DNA of 60,039 nucleotides, counting the filler, from Fonticula-like sp. SCN 57-25 (taxonomy: Eukaryota), in assembly GCA_001724245.1 (NCBI GenBank). It is 4 parts of 4 records of this genome, joined end to end, with 100 filler letters (N's around TTAATTAATTAA, not from the genome) between each part and the next. Parts side by side here need not be neighbours in the genome. Positions count along the whole stretch, not along the records: positions 31,234 to 45,616 come from MEDX01000160.1; positions 45,717 to 60,039 come from MEDX01000161.1; 2 more parts are not named here. One strand, given 5' to 3'. A model generated the notes under the pieces. That model was given only the letters and a program-made list of their open reading frames with translations. It had not been told where the DNA came from and did not search any database. Position numbers and translations under genes: made by a program. Below are positions 35,708 to 46,778 of the stretch, one piece after another (position 1 is the first letter of the stretch; every line of letters starts with the position of its first letter).

Positions 35708-35789
35708 AGCTCACATTTGAAATTCTTACTATTTAGGTCCATATATATAAAGTAATCTCTTTTCTTCCACTCTGCCCATTAGGCCCCCT

Positions 35790-37691
35790 TCACTCTGACT
35801 TTTCCGACGCGAGGATGACGGTGAACTGCGATCCCGCATCCGCCGCGATCACCGTGCGGTTCTTTGTGGGAAGCAGCTTTGGCAGGAACACGTCGTTGTC
35901 GTCCTCGTCGCTCTCGCCGAGCCCGAGCTGGCCGACCGAGCCGGTGCCCCACACAAAGAGGCGGCCGTCCGACGTGGTGCACATCGAGTGCTGCGAGCCG
36001 CAGCCTATCGACACAACGGGCGCGTCCATGCTGACGAGCGTGGGGACAGTCACGGGGAGAATAGAGCCGTCGTCGGACTTGGCAGTCACGCCGAGGCCGA
36101 GCTGGCCGTACTGGTTCATGCCCATACTGCAAAGAAGAGTCAGGAAATAGTGTCAAAAAGGAAAGGAACAAGGCTGAAAAGTAATAAAAGGGCGCAAATG
36201 GTACAAAAAGGCACACAAAAAGGCACACAAACCCCACAATAATAGCCACAAAAATACACGAAATAAGCAAATAAAAGATATGCGTACGCATAGAGCTTGC
36301 CAGTCTTGCTGAGCAGCAGCGTGTGAAAGTCGCCCGCGGCAATCTGCTCAATCTCAAGGTCGTCCAATAATGTGATGCTAAAAGCCACAAAACAGTCAGC
36401 ATGACCACATCTAAAAATAGCACCATAGCGCACCGAGTGGGCTCGTCGACGTCGCGCGTGTGCCCAAAGCCGAGCTGCCCGTCCTTGTTAAGCCCCCAAC
36501 CAAACACGTGTCCGGTCGACATGACGGCAAAGGACGAGAACGACCCCGAAAAGACGGCCACGGCGTGCCCCTTTGACTTTAGGTAGATGGGCACGGGCGT
36601 GAGCGTCGCCTCGCGCGAGCGGCCGCTGGAAAAGGTCGACATGGTCGCGGCGGCAGACGGCGCCACGGGCCGGATCGACGGCAGGAACGGCGGCAGGAAG
36701 GTCGAGGCGGTCGCAAAGCGCGCCAGAACGAGGCGGCCGAGCGGGCTCGGGATCTCGACGATCACCTTGTCGCGCTCCTCATAGCTGCTCTCGAGGCTCA
36801 CATTCAGGAGCTGCTGACGGCGGCCAGCGCCAAAGGTGTACACGCGGCCGTCCGTCGACAGCGCGCACATGTGGTTCGAGCCGGCGGCGAGGCCCGCAAA
36901 CTGCATCGTGGCATCGCGTTAGACATCAAGCAGCGGCATCGCGAGGGCGTACGCGAATAAACTGGACGCTCGAGAGGGGCTCCATCGTCAGCTGGAACTT
37001 GATGCCGGGCGCGAAGCCAAGCACGCCATCCGTGTCCTGCATGGCCACCAGATTCGTCAGCAAAACGCATCGCCAATAAAGTGGAGCGTACGCGGAAGGT
37101 GCCGCAGCCGTACAAAAGGCCGTCCGAGTCAATGGCAAACGTGGCAGAGTCGCAGCACGCCGCGGTGACAAACTTGACCTTTTCGCAGCCGTCGATGGGC
37201 GCGGGATCGTACTCGGCGCCGGTGCGGCCGAGCGCCTTCTCGTCATTGCATCCCCACGTGTACAGCTGCAGGCGCGATGGTTAATCCCCGACCATCATCA
37301 CAGACACACGCACCTTTCCATCCTTGCTGATTGCCGCGGTGTGCATGCCGCCGGCATCGACAAAGACAATGTCCTTGTCGTCGAGCGTCTTGACGGGTCC
37401 GGGCTTCCAGCGATCCGACACGTCGTCGGGGTTCATGCCGAGCTCACCGGCCATGTTGGCGCCGGTCGAAAAGATGACGCCGCTCGTCCCGCTCAGCGTC
37501 GGCACCGGCACGAGGTCGGCGCGCTTGCGCTTGCGGGCAATCACCGCCACGGGGCGGCGGCCCTCGGGAGCCGCCTTCTCGGGCGATTCGCGATCGGCCA
37601 TCTTGCGCTTGCGAGCAGGAGACTGCGTCGGGGTGGACACATCGGCGGCGGCGGCAGCCGCAACCGCCCGCGGTCGCCGGTTGACCGTCAT
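35790..37691 (-). CDS. RCC1: RCC1 (Ran GEF) beta-propeller protein, multi-exon
   Basis: Basic NLS-like N-terminal tail (RKRK), then RCC1 repeats AGGMHT, WGCNDEKALGR, AGSNH, WGLNKDGQLG, GMNQYGQLGLG, GSQHS, AGSQFT. Confidence 0.88.
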
Positions 37692-38068
37692 TTCAAACAC
37701 GAGTGTCCGCTAGAGGGGTTCCCTTGGAGCAAAGAAAGAACAGCGGTTCAAACGTCCGCTGCCCGCTCGGTGCCACTGCGCAGCAACCACGGATGTGAAA
37801 CGGTTTTCCGTAATCATTACCGTCCACGTGGTCATTTTACAGTCATCATTGCATCGGTCAGCATCTGGTCCGGTCAGCATCTGGTCAGCATGCTGGTATG
37901 GCTGTCTGCAGACTGTCTGTGTGCGTGCTGGTGAAAGTGAATAGTTTTGTTGAAAGAGGCGAGCAGCGGATGTTGTTAGTAGTGTAGCTGTGCGGACGAC
38001 ATAGGCTCCAAAAAAGCCGATTATCTTTGATTCCCACCTCGGCCTTTCTCCCAGCCGCCATCGGCGCC

Positions 38069-38784
38069 ATGGCGACCATACCTGTGTTTTGGTTGCTGTA
38101 CGTAGTCGATGGTGCTCTTTTTCCAGCCGCCTCCAAATGGGGAGATGTCCGCGAGTACATTCGCGTACGTCGCCCTGACCCTAAACCTGCACCCAGGGAC
38201 ATCCACGTACGCATTTTTTCGCGCGCTCGTTGACCGTTTTTTCGCTGACGTTTTCGGTGTGTCCCGTCCGCCCATTTTGTCCGGCCGTAGCTTTTCCTGG
38301 ATGGCAATGAGGTTGACTACGAAGATGCCATTCAGCCTGGTGCTTGGCTGACGGTGACGATTGGCGAAGCACCCGCGTCCGTTGAGATGGCGAGGCGTCC
38401 GCGCGTGTTCTGGACAGGCGCCGACAACGACATCTTCGACGTCCAAGACAATCCTACCATTCGTACCTGGCAAGACGTCCGCATGCGCATTTGGAACATT
38501 CGTATCAGGAGTGGACAAGGAGGTCTGCTTGAAAACATCCACGTACGCATTTTTTCGCGCGCTCGTTGAACGTCTTTTCGCTGATGTTGTTTTCGGGGTG
38601 TCCCGTTCGCCCATTTTGCCCGGCCGTAGCTTTTCCTGGATGGCAATGAGGTTGACTACGAAGATGCCATTCAGCCTGGTGCTAGGCTGACGGTGAGGAT
38701 TGGCGAGGCACCCGCGCCCGTTTGGGCCTTTCCTGCCCGGGCTGCGTGAGCGCCGTGTTGGTTTCTCACTTTCTGCTCAGGTGA
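38069..38784 (+). CDS. Stand-alone tandem di-ubiquitin-like (CRN-header-type) protein, ~169 aa
   Basis: Exons 38069-38206, 38291-38542 and 38630-38746 splice in frame to two repeats of W.DVR..I....IH|LFLDGNEVDYEDAIQPGA.LTV.IGE. The start context and intron position are homologous to the header of the 23706 gene. Confidence 0.6.
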
Positions 38785-39452
38785 GCCACGTATGGCTGCT
38801 TTGACGTTTTGGTTAGCATTCTGTTTGGTGTGGACGCCGATTGGAGAGTTGTTAGACGGCGGGGCTCCAAGACCAAACGTTCGTAACCATGGGGGCGGGT
38901 TCAGCCGTCATACCAGCGATAACGTCCCGTGTGCCTCTTTGGAAGGAGTCCTAAGCAAGCTAAACATGAACTTTTGAGCCTGGATCCCTCGAACTTTTCC
39001 GGTCGGTCAAGAAGAGCACGAGCTGTTTCTTTACTCCATTTGCCGACCAAAAGTTCAAAAGCCACTAGCATCTTTTCCTATTGTGTATATAGCACTGTAA
39101 TATAAAGCTTCCTCAGATTTTTCGAGAGCGCAAAGCGTCATTAAGACCAACGTTGAAGATGCATTGGGTTTCAAGTTCTTCTATCTACCCTCATTCACAC
39201 TATTATGACATTGTATCGTGCTTTTTCGGGAACCATCCACGTGGTCATTTTACAGGCACATCTGGTCAGCATCTGGTCAGCATCTGGTATGGCTGTCTGC
39301 AGACTGTCTGTGTGCGTGCTGGAGAAAAGCGAATAGTATAGTTGAAAGAGGCGAATAGCGGGTGATTTTAGTCGCGTAGCTGTGCGGACGACATAGGGTC
39401 CCAAAGAGCCGATTATCGTTTATTCCCACCTCAGCCGTCCGCCGTCGGCGCC

Positions 39453-39787
39453 ATGGATCCAGCCGCCTCCGAATCGGCGGATGTCAGCGAGTACATTCGC
39501 GGCCCTGACCCTGAACTTGTACCCGAGGACATCCACGTACGCCCCCGTTTTCGCGCGCTCGTTGACCTCCTTTTCGCTGACGTTTGCGGGGTGTCGCGCG
39601 CGCCCATTTTGTCCGGTCGTAGCTTTTCCTGGATGGCATTGAGGTTAACTACAATGATCCCATTGAGCCTGGTACACATCTGACGGTGGTGATTGGCGAC
39701 GGCCCCGCGTTCGTTTATATCGTTCCTGCCCGGGGCGCGTACGTTTTCGTGAGCGTCGTGTTCGTTTCTCACGTTTTGCGCAGGTAA
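39453..39787 (+). pseudogene. N-terminally deleted single Ubl copy of the same family
   Basis: MDPAASESADVSEYIRGPDPELVPEDIH|LFLDGIEVNYNDPIEPGTHLTVVIGD...PARGA*. It lacks the first predicted strands and the conserved Trp. Confidence 0.5.
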
Positions 39788-40385
39788 GCCACGTATGGCT
39801 ACCTTGACGTTTTGATTAGCATAATGTTTGGTGTGGACGCCGATTGGAGAGTTGGTGAACGGCGGGGCTCCAAGGCCAAAGTGGCGTAACTATAGGAGCG
39901 GGTTCGGCCATCAATCCCCCATCATAGCAGCGAAAAAGTCTTTCGTGCCTCGCTGGAAGGAGTCCCGGAGCAAGCAAAACATATACTTTAAAGCTTCCTT
40001 TCCATAAAAATAACAAGAGACGAGCAGCTGTTGCCCTTTATGTTTATGCTCTTCAGGCAGCGAATAAAAAAAAAGTCTCGTCCACTGGTATAGATTTTCC
40101 ATTTTACTGGTATAGACACTATCAAAATTTTACCTATAGTGTAGAGGACAGCGTCACACCCTATTCTTTCTCCCTACTCGACGCTCTGCCTCTTTTCACA
40201 TTATCCACTCTGTCATATTTTGTACATTTCATTGAATAAGCCGTGCGGTCACACGTCGCGTTCGCCGACGGGATTTGCGTCATCCGCCACGTGGATTTTG
40301 ATTGGTCGCGTGGCATTCGACGTGTCCTTGCTTTCTCTTTCAGTGCCCCGCCTCGCCCGCGTCTCCTTTCCTGAACGAAAGAACA

Positions 40386-41363
40386 ATGGCCGACTCTGTG
40401 AACCTCTCTGCCTCCGCCGCCTCGGCGCAGACCGCCAACGGCGCCAACCTCAAGACGGGCCTCGCCCAGATGTTCAAGGTGCGCTGACTTTTTTTTTTTC
40501 TTTTGATGGCTTGGGCTGACGCGGCTGCCCAGGGCGGCGTCATCATGGATGTCGTGAACGCCGAGCAGGCCAAGATTGCCGAGGACGCCGGCGCGTGCGC
40601 CGTCATGGCCCTTGAGCGCGTGCCCGCCGATATCCGCAAGGACGGCGGTGTTGCCCGCATGTCGGACCCCAAGCTCATCAAGGAGATCCAGGCTGCCGTC
40701 TCGATCCCGGTCATGGCCAAGGTCCGCATCGGCCACTTTGTTGAGGCGCAGATCCTCGAGCACCTCCAGGTTGACTACATTGACGAGAGCGAGGTTCTCA
40801 CGCCCGCCGACGAGGTCCACCACATCAACAAGCAGAACTTCAAGGTTCCGTTTGTGTGCGGCTCGCGCAACCTCGGCGAGGCCCTCCGCCGCATCAACGA
40901 GGGTGCCGCCATGATCCGCACCAAGGGCGAGGCCGGCACCGGCGACGTCGTCCAGGCCGTCAAGCACGCCCGCACGATGCAGTCCGAGATCCGCAAGGTC
41001 ACCTCGATGACGGACGATGAGCTCTTCTTCTACGCCAAGGAGATCCAGGCTCCCTATGCGCTCGTCAAGCAGGTCAAGGAGACCGGCCGCCTCCCCGTCG
41101 TCAACTTTGCCGCCGGTGGTGTCGCCACCCCCGCTGACGCTGCCATGATGATGCAGCTCGGCATGGACGGCGTCTTTGTCGGCTCGGGCATCTTCAAGAG
41201 CGGCAACCCCGCCAAGCGCGCCCGCGCCATCGTCCAGGCCGTCACCCACTACAACGACGCCAAGGTCCTGGCCGAGGTCTCTGAGGACCTCGGTGAGGCC
41301 ATGGTCGGCATCAACTGCGACTCGTTGCCCGAGAAGGAGCAGCTCGCCGCCCGCGGCTGGTAA
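40386..41363 (+). CDS. PDX1: Pyridoxal 5'-phosphate synthase subunit PDX1/SNZ
   Basis: [68 protein letters not shown], ending LAARGW*. Confidence 0.98.
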
Positions 41364-41640
41364 GCGTAGATCTTTCAATCTCTGTTCATTTCTCTTTTTT
41401 GTTCTTTTGCGCCGTTCCTTCGTCGTACCATACTATTCCCCTTGCCCGTCTGTGTTGGAACTCTCCTTAAAATGTGGGATTACCACCAATAAACATGTAC
41501 TGTATAGACATTGATGACACGTACGCTGAGGTTGGCTATGTAAGTGCACATGGCCAGTACATTTATACAAAACATGAAAAAATAATACGAGTACAATGAA
41601 AAAGTACAGTAAACGGTAAAATGTACACGAAAATGCCAAT

Positions 41641-42674
41641 CTATGCGGTAAGTTTGTCGAGCTGCGCAAGGCACGCGCGCTTCATAAACGTCGTATGCGC
41701 CTCAACAGCGCGTCGCAACCGCTCTACTGACGCCGCCTCTGCCGATTTCGAAAGGTGTTGCGTGCACACGAGCAGCAGCAGCGCGCCAAACTTTTTCGAG
41801 TCTGCGTGGTGGCTCGCCTGCGCCTCGAGCACGGAAGAGAGCGCCGACAGCGGCGGCCGCGCCGTCGTGAGAAGGCGCTGCAGAACGCCAATGACGTTTT
41901 CGCTCCATGGCTGCGCATTCGACGCAAGCACGAGGGCAAGGAGGTCGTTTTGGTGGCTGGCGAGCGCGCCCTTGCAGAGCCGCGTGACGTAGTCGCCAAA
42001 GTACGGGCCAGTGGAGGCGTCCTGGAGAACTGGCACGAGCGCAAATTGAAGCGAGACTTTGGGCTGAGCCGTGTAGATTTGGTCCAGCTCGGCGCTGAGC
42101 GCGCGCGACGGCGGGCCACCGAGCCCTTTAAGCTGTAAAAATAAACAACGTGACACTCAGCATTCATGCTCTGTCGTCAAAGGAACCAAAGGCGCACAAT
42201 GGAAAAAAGGACGCGGCCGAAAAAAGCCTGTCGAATGGAAAGAGAAGCAGTGTCGCTAGCTCGCACGACGGCAAGCTTGGCCTCGTCGGTCGATGGGCTG
42301 GCGGCGATCCCTTCGGCAACCTGGGCGGCCTGCGCCTCGGTCAGGCCGGCGAGCAGCTCGGAAGCATCGGTGCCACCCGACAAGATTGCCTGCACGCGGC
42401 CCGCCACGTCAAATGCGTCGTCAGGTGCACTGGCAAGGCTGCTTGGCTTGGTGGCGGAGCTCGGTCGCCAGTCGTTTAGAAGAGTCAAGGTAAAACAACG
42501 TGAACAAGATCGACACGACAAGGCAGCACGACACACAATGAAATACGATATACGAGCGGATATGATTATGGGCGGTGCAATGCTGGCCGGGTCGCTGGCA
42601 GACGGCATTGGTACATACCTTGGCGCCCAGGCAAACTCCGCCGCTGCGTGCATGCCGCTTTGGCGGCCGTCCAT
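41641..42674 (-). CDS. FANCE: Fanconi anemia group E protein-like (C-terminal domain)
   Basis: L.GL..PPSRAL...L, LVPVLQDASTGP, WSENVIGVLQRLL, SKKFGALLL and HTTFMKRACLAQL follow the FANCE C-terminal pattern. Confidence 0.75.
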
Positions 42675-42690
42675 GTCGAGACGCGCAGCG

Positions 42691-42702
42691 TTTCCCGCCA
42701 AA
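42691..42702. promoter_or_regulatory. Candidate E2F site upstream of FANCE
   Basis: TTTCCCGCCAAA lies 17 nt upstream of the ATG. A similar CGCGCCAAA sits at 21110-21118 before RECQL. Confidence 0.5.
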
Positions 42703-43202
42703 TTTTTTACCGATTCGGGTCGGTTTCGGTCCGTCTAATTATAGCCCACGTGGATCGAAATATGGTCGGTTTCCGTCGGTTTGAAAATGACCTAGTTTTG
42801 GTACAAAAGGCAATGATCGTCTCTGCAACATCACTTTTCTCAATCTAGCCAGGTTCGTTTCGGAGGCATCACCTCCTACTCGGTCCTTGTTCAGGTACGT
42901 GCTGGCAACGCTGCTGCGTGAAGGAAGGGATGTGTTCGTGCATTGTGCCATAGTGTGTGCGAGCTGTGCAGCGGATGGTTTGGTTAGTCTGGCTCGGGCG
43001 AGATGCGGGGTGGATGCGGGGGATGGACCCGGTCCATCCATCCCACCCGCGATGACGGCCATGCATCCGACCTTGCGGGCGTGCATCCAGCTGCCTGCAA
43101 GCGTGCATTGTGTGTGTGTATGCGTGGTTGAACGTTGCTTGCCTTGCTGCATGTGTATTGGGCTTGTGTTCATCGGATGCTAAACGTGGCTTTGTTGCAG
43201 AG

Positions 43203-43280
43203 ATGAGAGCCAAGTGGCGCAAGAAGCGTCAGCGCCGCCTCAAGCGCAAGCGCAGAAAGATGCGCGCTCGCTCCAAGTAA
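43203..43280 (+). CDS. RPL41: Ribosomal protein eL41 (25 aa), preceded by 5'UTR intron 42895-43200
   Basis: ATGAGAGCCAAGTGG...TCCAAGTAA translates to MRAKWRKKRQRRLKRKRRKMRARSK*. It is too short for the ORF track. Confidence 0.97.
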   Translation: MRAKWRKKRQRRLKRKRRKMRARSK

Positions 43281-44046
43281 ACCTGTTCGCCCCTTCATTA
43301 GCGGCTTTATCTTCGTGTGTGAATGTTTGTGAGGGGCTTTGGTAGGTAGGACGTGGCATGATTTTGCTCTGTTCCGCGCGTGTGGCATGCCATTCGCGTG
43401 GGATGGGGCCGAGTTGTGCCATCGCTTGCACATCGTGTTTCTTTTCCAATAAACCCATATGAAGTACTCTTGTGTCTCTGCTTTGGGTCTCTTTTTGATT
43501 TGGCCCAGTCCACTACATGCTCGCTTGCCTGGTCAACATGTCATTCGTGCAGGTCGATGCATGCTGCAGCCCCACATTGGCACAGATGCTCGCTGTGCTC
43601 ACACGAAGCATAGCAAGAGCTCGTATGTAAGCCTCGCGACGGCCGCACACTAAAGTAAGATAGTGGTTTGTGTAGTTGATTTGGCCTCACATTGCCATCT
43701 GCCACGTATGAAACGCATGCCATGTGCAACATCAGTGCGGGGATGACGCCATCAGCAAATGCACATGCACATGAGCGACTACTTCCCCTCTACTGGTCAC
43801 TGCCGCTGTGCGTCTGCGGTACGCCCGCGTGTCCGCCTTCCCGAGCGTTCACGCTTTCTCTCTGAGCCGCTTATGAAGCGATCCGCACATGCCAAGCATG
43901 TAAGTAATCATTGCATACATTACGTTTAAGGGAATGATAGAGTTGGGAGAAGAGATGGAGAAAGGCCGCGAGGAGGCGCTGTACAACTAGATACGGAGAA
44001 GATAAAAGTGTTGTCTTTTAGTTGAGCAAAGCAAAAAGGCGCCCTT

Positions 44047-45616
44047 CTAGGCGGTCGGCTGCGCCTTCTTGCCGCCCTTTGCGGGGGCAGCCTTGGCCTT
44101 TGCGGCGGGTGCCGGCGGCGGCGGCGGCGGGGCGGCGGCCTCGGGGGCCTCGGGCGACGGGAACACGCTGCGGCGGCTCTGCAGCAGGACGTCGTGCATC
44201 GACCGCTTCCACTTGTCAACCGGCATGCGCTGCGCAAAGCTCTTGGGCGTGCGGAGAAGGTTGCGCGGGAGATCAGTGTCGGAGGGGTCCTCGGGGTTCA
44301 CACCAACGCCATTCAGCGTGTGCTCACTAAAGAAGTGTCAGCAAAAATAAAGCAAAAATGGGCAAAAATGGAGAAAATTGACACAAAAATAGTATGAAAA
44401 TGGTCCAAAACATCTCCAAAATGTCACCAAAATGAAGCAAATTCATCTCAAAATCATCATAAACCCACCCCAAAAAAACACGTACGTTGCCTTGGCCAGC
44501 AGGCGGAGCGTCCACAACTTTTGCTTTGGCGACCAGAACGGATTCCTCGCGAGCACGAGGTGCGCCTCCCGCAGCGACTCAATCGTCTCCTGCTGCATAT
44601 CTACACAAACCACATCAATACCACGTGACCAACAACCTCTTTTTTCACGTACTGGGAATGTCCTTGCAGAGCCTGTCGACCGAGTAGTCCACCTGGTGCG
44701 CGGCCGGGAACTGGAACATGTAGTTGTCGCGCTCGCTGTCGACCTCGGGCAGCGACATGATCGCGTCAACCGAGAAGCGGTACTTGTCGCGCGTGTACTC
44801 GTCCTCGACCGTCGCCTGCACGAGCGCGCGCATCTCGAGCTGCTCGCGCGCGGCACGCTCCTCGGCAGAAATAGACGCAGAAGAAGCGGCAGAGGCGGCA
44901 GCAGCGACAATTTCGGCGTCCTTGACGGGCATCATACCCTCGAGCTGCTTGCTCATCTCGCTCACCGGCACTTCGGCGGCCGACGACGCAGCAGACGACG
45001 AAGAGCCGCTGCCGCTGCCGGTGGCCGACGCGTCGTCGCTGCGGCCGAGGAGGGCGGCGAGGCGGTCCGGCCCGTTGTCGAGCACGTTCTCAAAGAGGTG
45101 CTCGAGGGAAGGGTCAGACTGGCCGCGCGCCGTCTTGCGGTAGAACGAGTCAATGTTTTGGACGGCGGTCTCGTCGAGCGCGGGGAGGATGATGGTGCGG
45201 AGGGGGGCGTCGACAATGCCGAGCTCGACAAGCTCATTGTGCTGAATGTCGTGGCGGTGGCGAGTCGTACTAAAGGGAAAGAAGGGAGGAAAAGGCGAAA
45301 AGGGGCGGGAAAATAACGAAAAAGTAACGAAAAAGTAACAAAAAGTAACGAAAAAGGTGCAAGAAACACCAAAAAGTACACAAAAAAGAACACGAATCGT
45401 CAGTGTTTTGTTCGCAAAAATAAGTCCACTGCGTACTGCCTCGGCTGGAGACCCATCTCCTCGTAGAGACGCGCGTGCTCGCGCGAAATGGCCGCCGCAG
45501 TGGACGTCGGCGTCGGCGCCTCCTTTGCCACCCTGCGCAGCTTGCTAAAGTGGCGCAGCGTGCGGCCGTGCGCCAGTCGAATATCCTCCTCGGTAATTTC
45601 TACCACAAATATAAGC
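44047..45616 (-). CDS. Hypothetical multi-exon protein (5' end in gap)
   Basis: GC-rich exons separated by T-rich GT-AG introns, e.g. ...IESLREAHLVLARNPFWSPKQKLWTLRLL... and an A/K/P-rich tail. No family recognised. Confidence 0.65.
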
Positions 45617-45716
45617 NNNNNNNNNNNNNNNNNNNNNNNNNNNNNNNNNNNNNNNNNNNNTTAATTAATTAANNNNNNNNNNNNNNNNNNNNNNNNNNNN
45701 NNNNNNNNNNNNNNNN
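45617..45716. other. Assembly gap with artificial linker
   Basis: N run + TTAATTAATTAA + N run. Confidence 0.97.
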
Positions 45717-46778
45717 GTCGTCGAGAAGAATGTCACGGGACGTTCCGATTTACCACCTCTGCATGTCGGCATTTTTTTGGTTGCAAGATAAGGGTTGCGC
45801 ACGAGGTCACCATCGAGCTTTTGGAACCTTTCGAGCCTCGAAGGCGCCCTGTCTTTGTAAACAAACAACGCAAAGGATGACGCGACTCTCTCGGATCGTC
45901 ACCCGACCCCACGGCCGCCTGTGCGTCGCTCAAAATAATGCACTTTTTATCGGTGCGTCCTAGTAGCGAAGTGTCCGCTGCCCGCATAGCTGTACGCAGA
46001 CACCGACAGGCATCCCACACAACAGGCGTCTTTCGCCGAGGCGCAACCAGCGACTGACGTCACCGTTGCCTCTGATTGGCCGCTCTTGATGATGGGCGAT
46101 ATGGATTCTTCCCATTGTTTTATTCCAAAGTGACATATGTTAGTTGGACCACTTGGCACTTTGTTGGAGCGCAACTCGGAGTGTTCGTATTTCGGTTCGA
46201 TGGCTTCCCGCCCCCGTGGGAGCCAATCGCGCGGAACTCGCGGCAGCCAATCACATCCGTGAACGATGGGAAAAAGTGTTCTCTTTGCCTTCCCCTCTCC
46301 ATATTGCAGCTACTAAAAAAAGGGGGGACGGGCAAGGGTTTTATTTAGGCAGACGCGAGAGGTAAAGTGTTTCCCTCTCCCCGTTCAACACCCCCCCACA
46401 CACCATCTGCTTCCCGCATCTCGGAGCGAGTGCAGGACGCCGAGCACAAGAGCAGAAGCAGTTTTCGACACAGGCACCCCTTTTTGCGGTGGCTGGAGAG
46501 AGGTAGCGCTAGTTAGCGTACCTGTGAGAGAGCGAGCCTGTGAGCTAGGGGGACCGGCGTCATCGAGAGCATCGTCGATCACGTCAGCACTGCCTTTTTG
46601 CTTCTCGAAGCGATTCAAGCGTGATTTGGCGGCAAGTGTGCGAACGCAGTAGCGGCGCGCGTGATCAGGTCCCGTGGTACGTGCGCGGGAAAACAAGGGA
46701 GTCGCGAATCCAACACGCTCACATTTCGCTCCCTCTAGAAAGATTTTACTTGGTTTCGCGTACACGAGACTTTAAGAT

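Larger units (their letters stand above)
37820..40030 (+). repeat. Tandem segmental duplication (unit A ~37820-39030, unit B ~39233-40030), with an internal duplication in unit A
   Basis: Both units share the upstream block ccacgtggtcattttacag...ggtcagcatctggtcagc...ggctgtctgcagactgtctgtgtgcgtgctgg, the same intron, and the downstream block agccacgtatggct...tttggtgtggacgccgattggagagtt. Confidence 0.9.

Noticed and set aside
38200-39700. Regularly recurring repeats as a possible CRISPR-like array
   Set aside because: The repeats are long duplicated exon-intron units in a eukaryotic gene family, with no short repeat-spacer structure and no cas genes.
39870-39905. GQSGVTIGAG peptide resembling a pesticin/lysozyme motif
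   Set aside because: The frame has nearby stops, the following DL residues are missing, and the motif is not preserved in the sister copy at ~38870.
40161-41378. 405-aa antisense ORF over PDX1, and similar ORFs at 19663-21150 and 47801-48769
   Set aside because: These are shadow ORFs produced by strong GC3 codon bias on the true coding strand.
43735-43870. Possible C/D-box snoRNA downstream of RPL41 (GGGATGA...CTGA)
   Set aside because: The C box is imperfect and I could not identify an rRNA-complementary guide.
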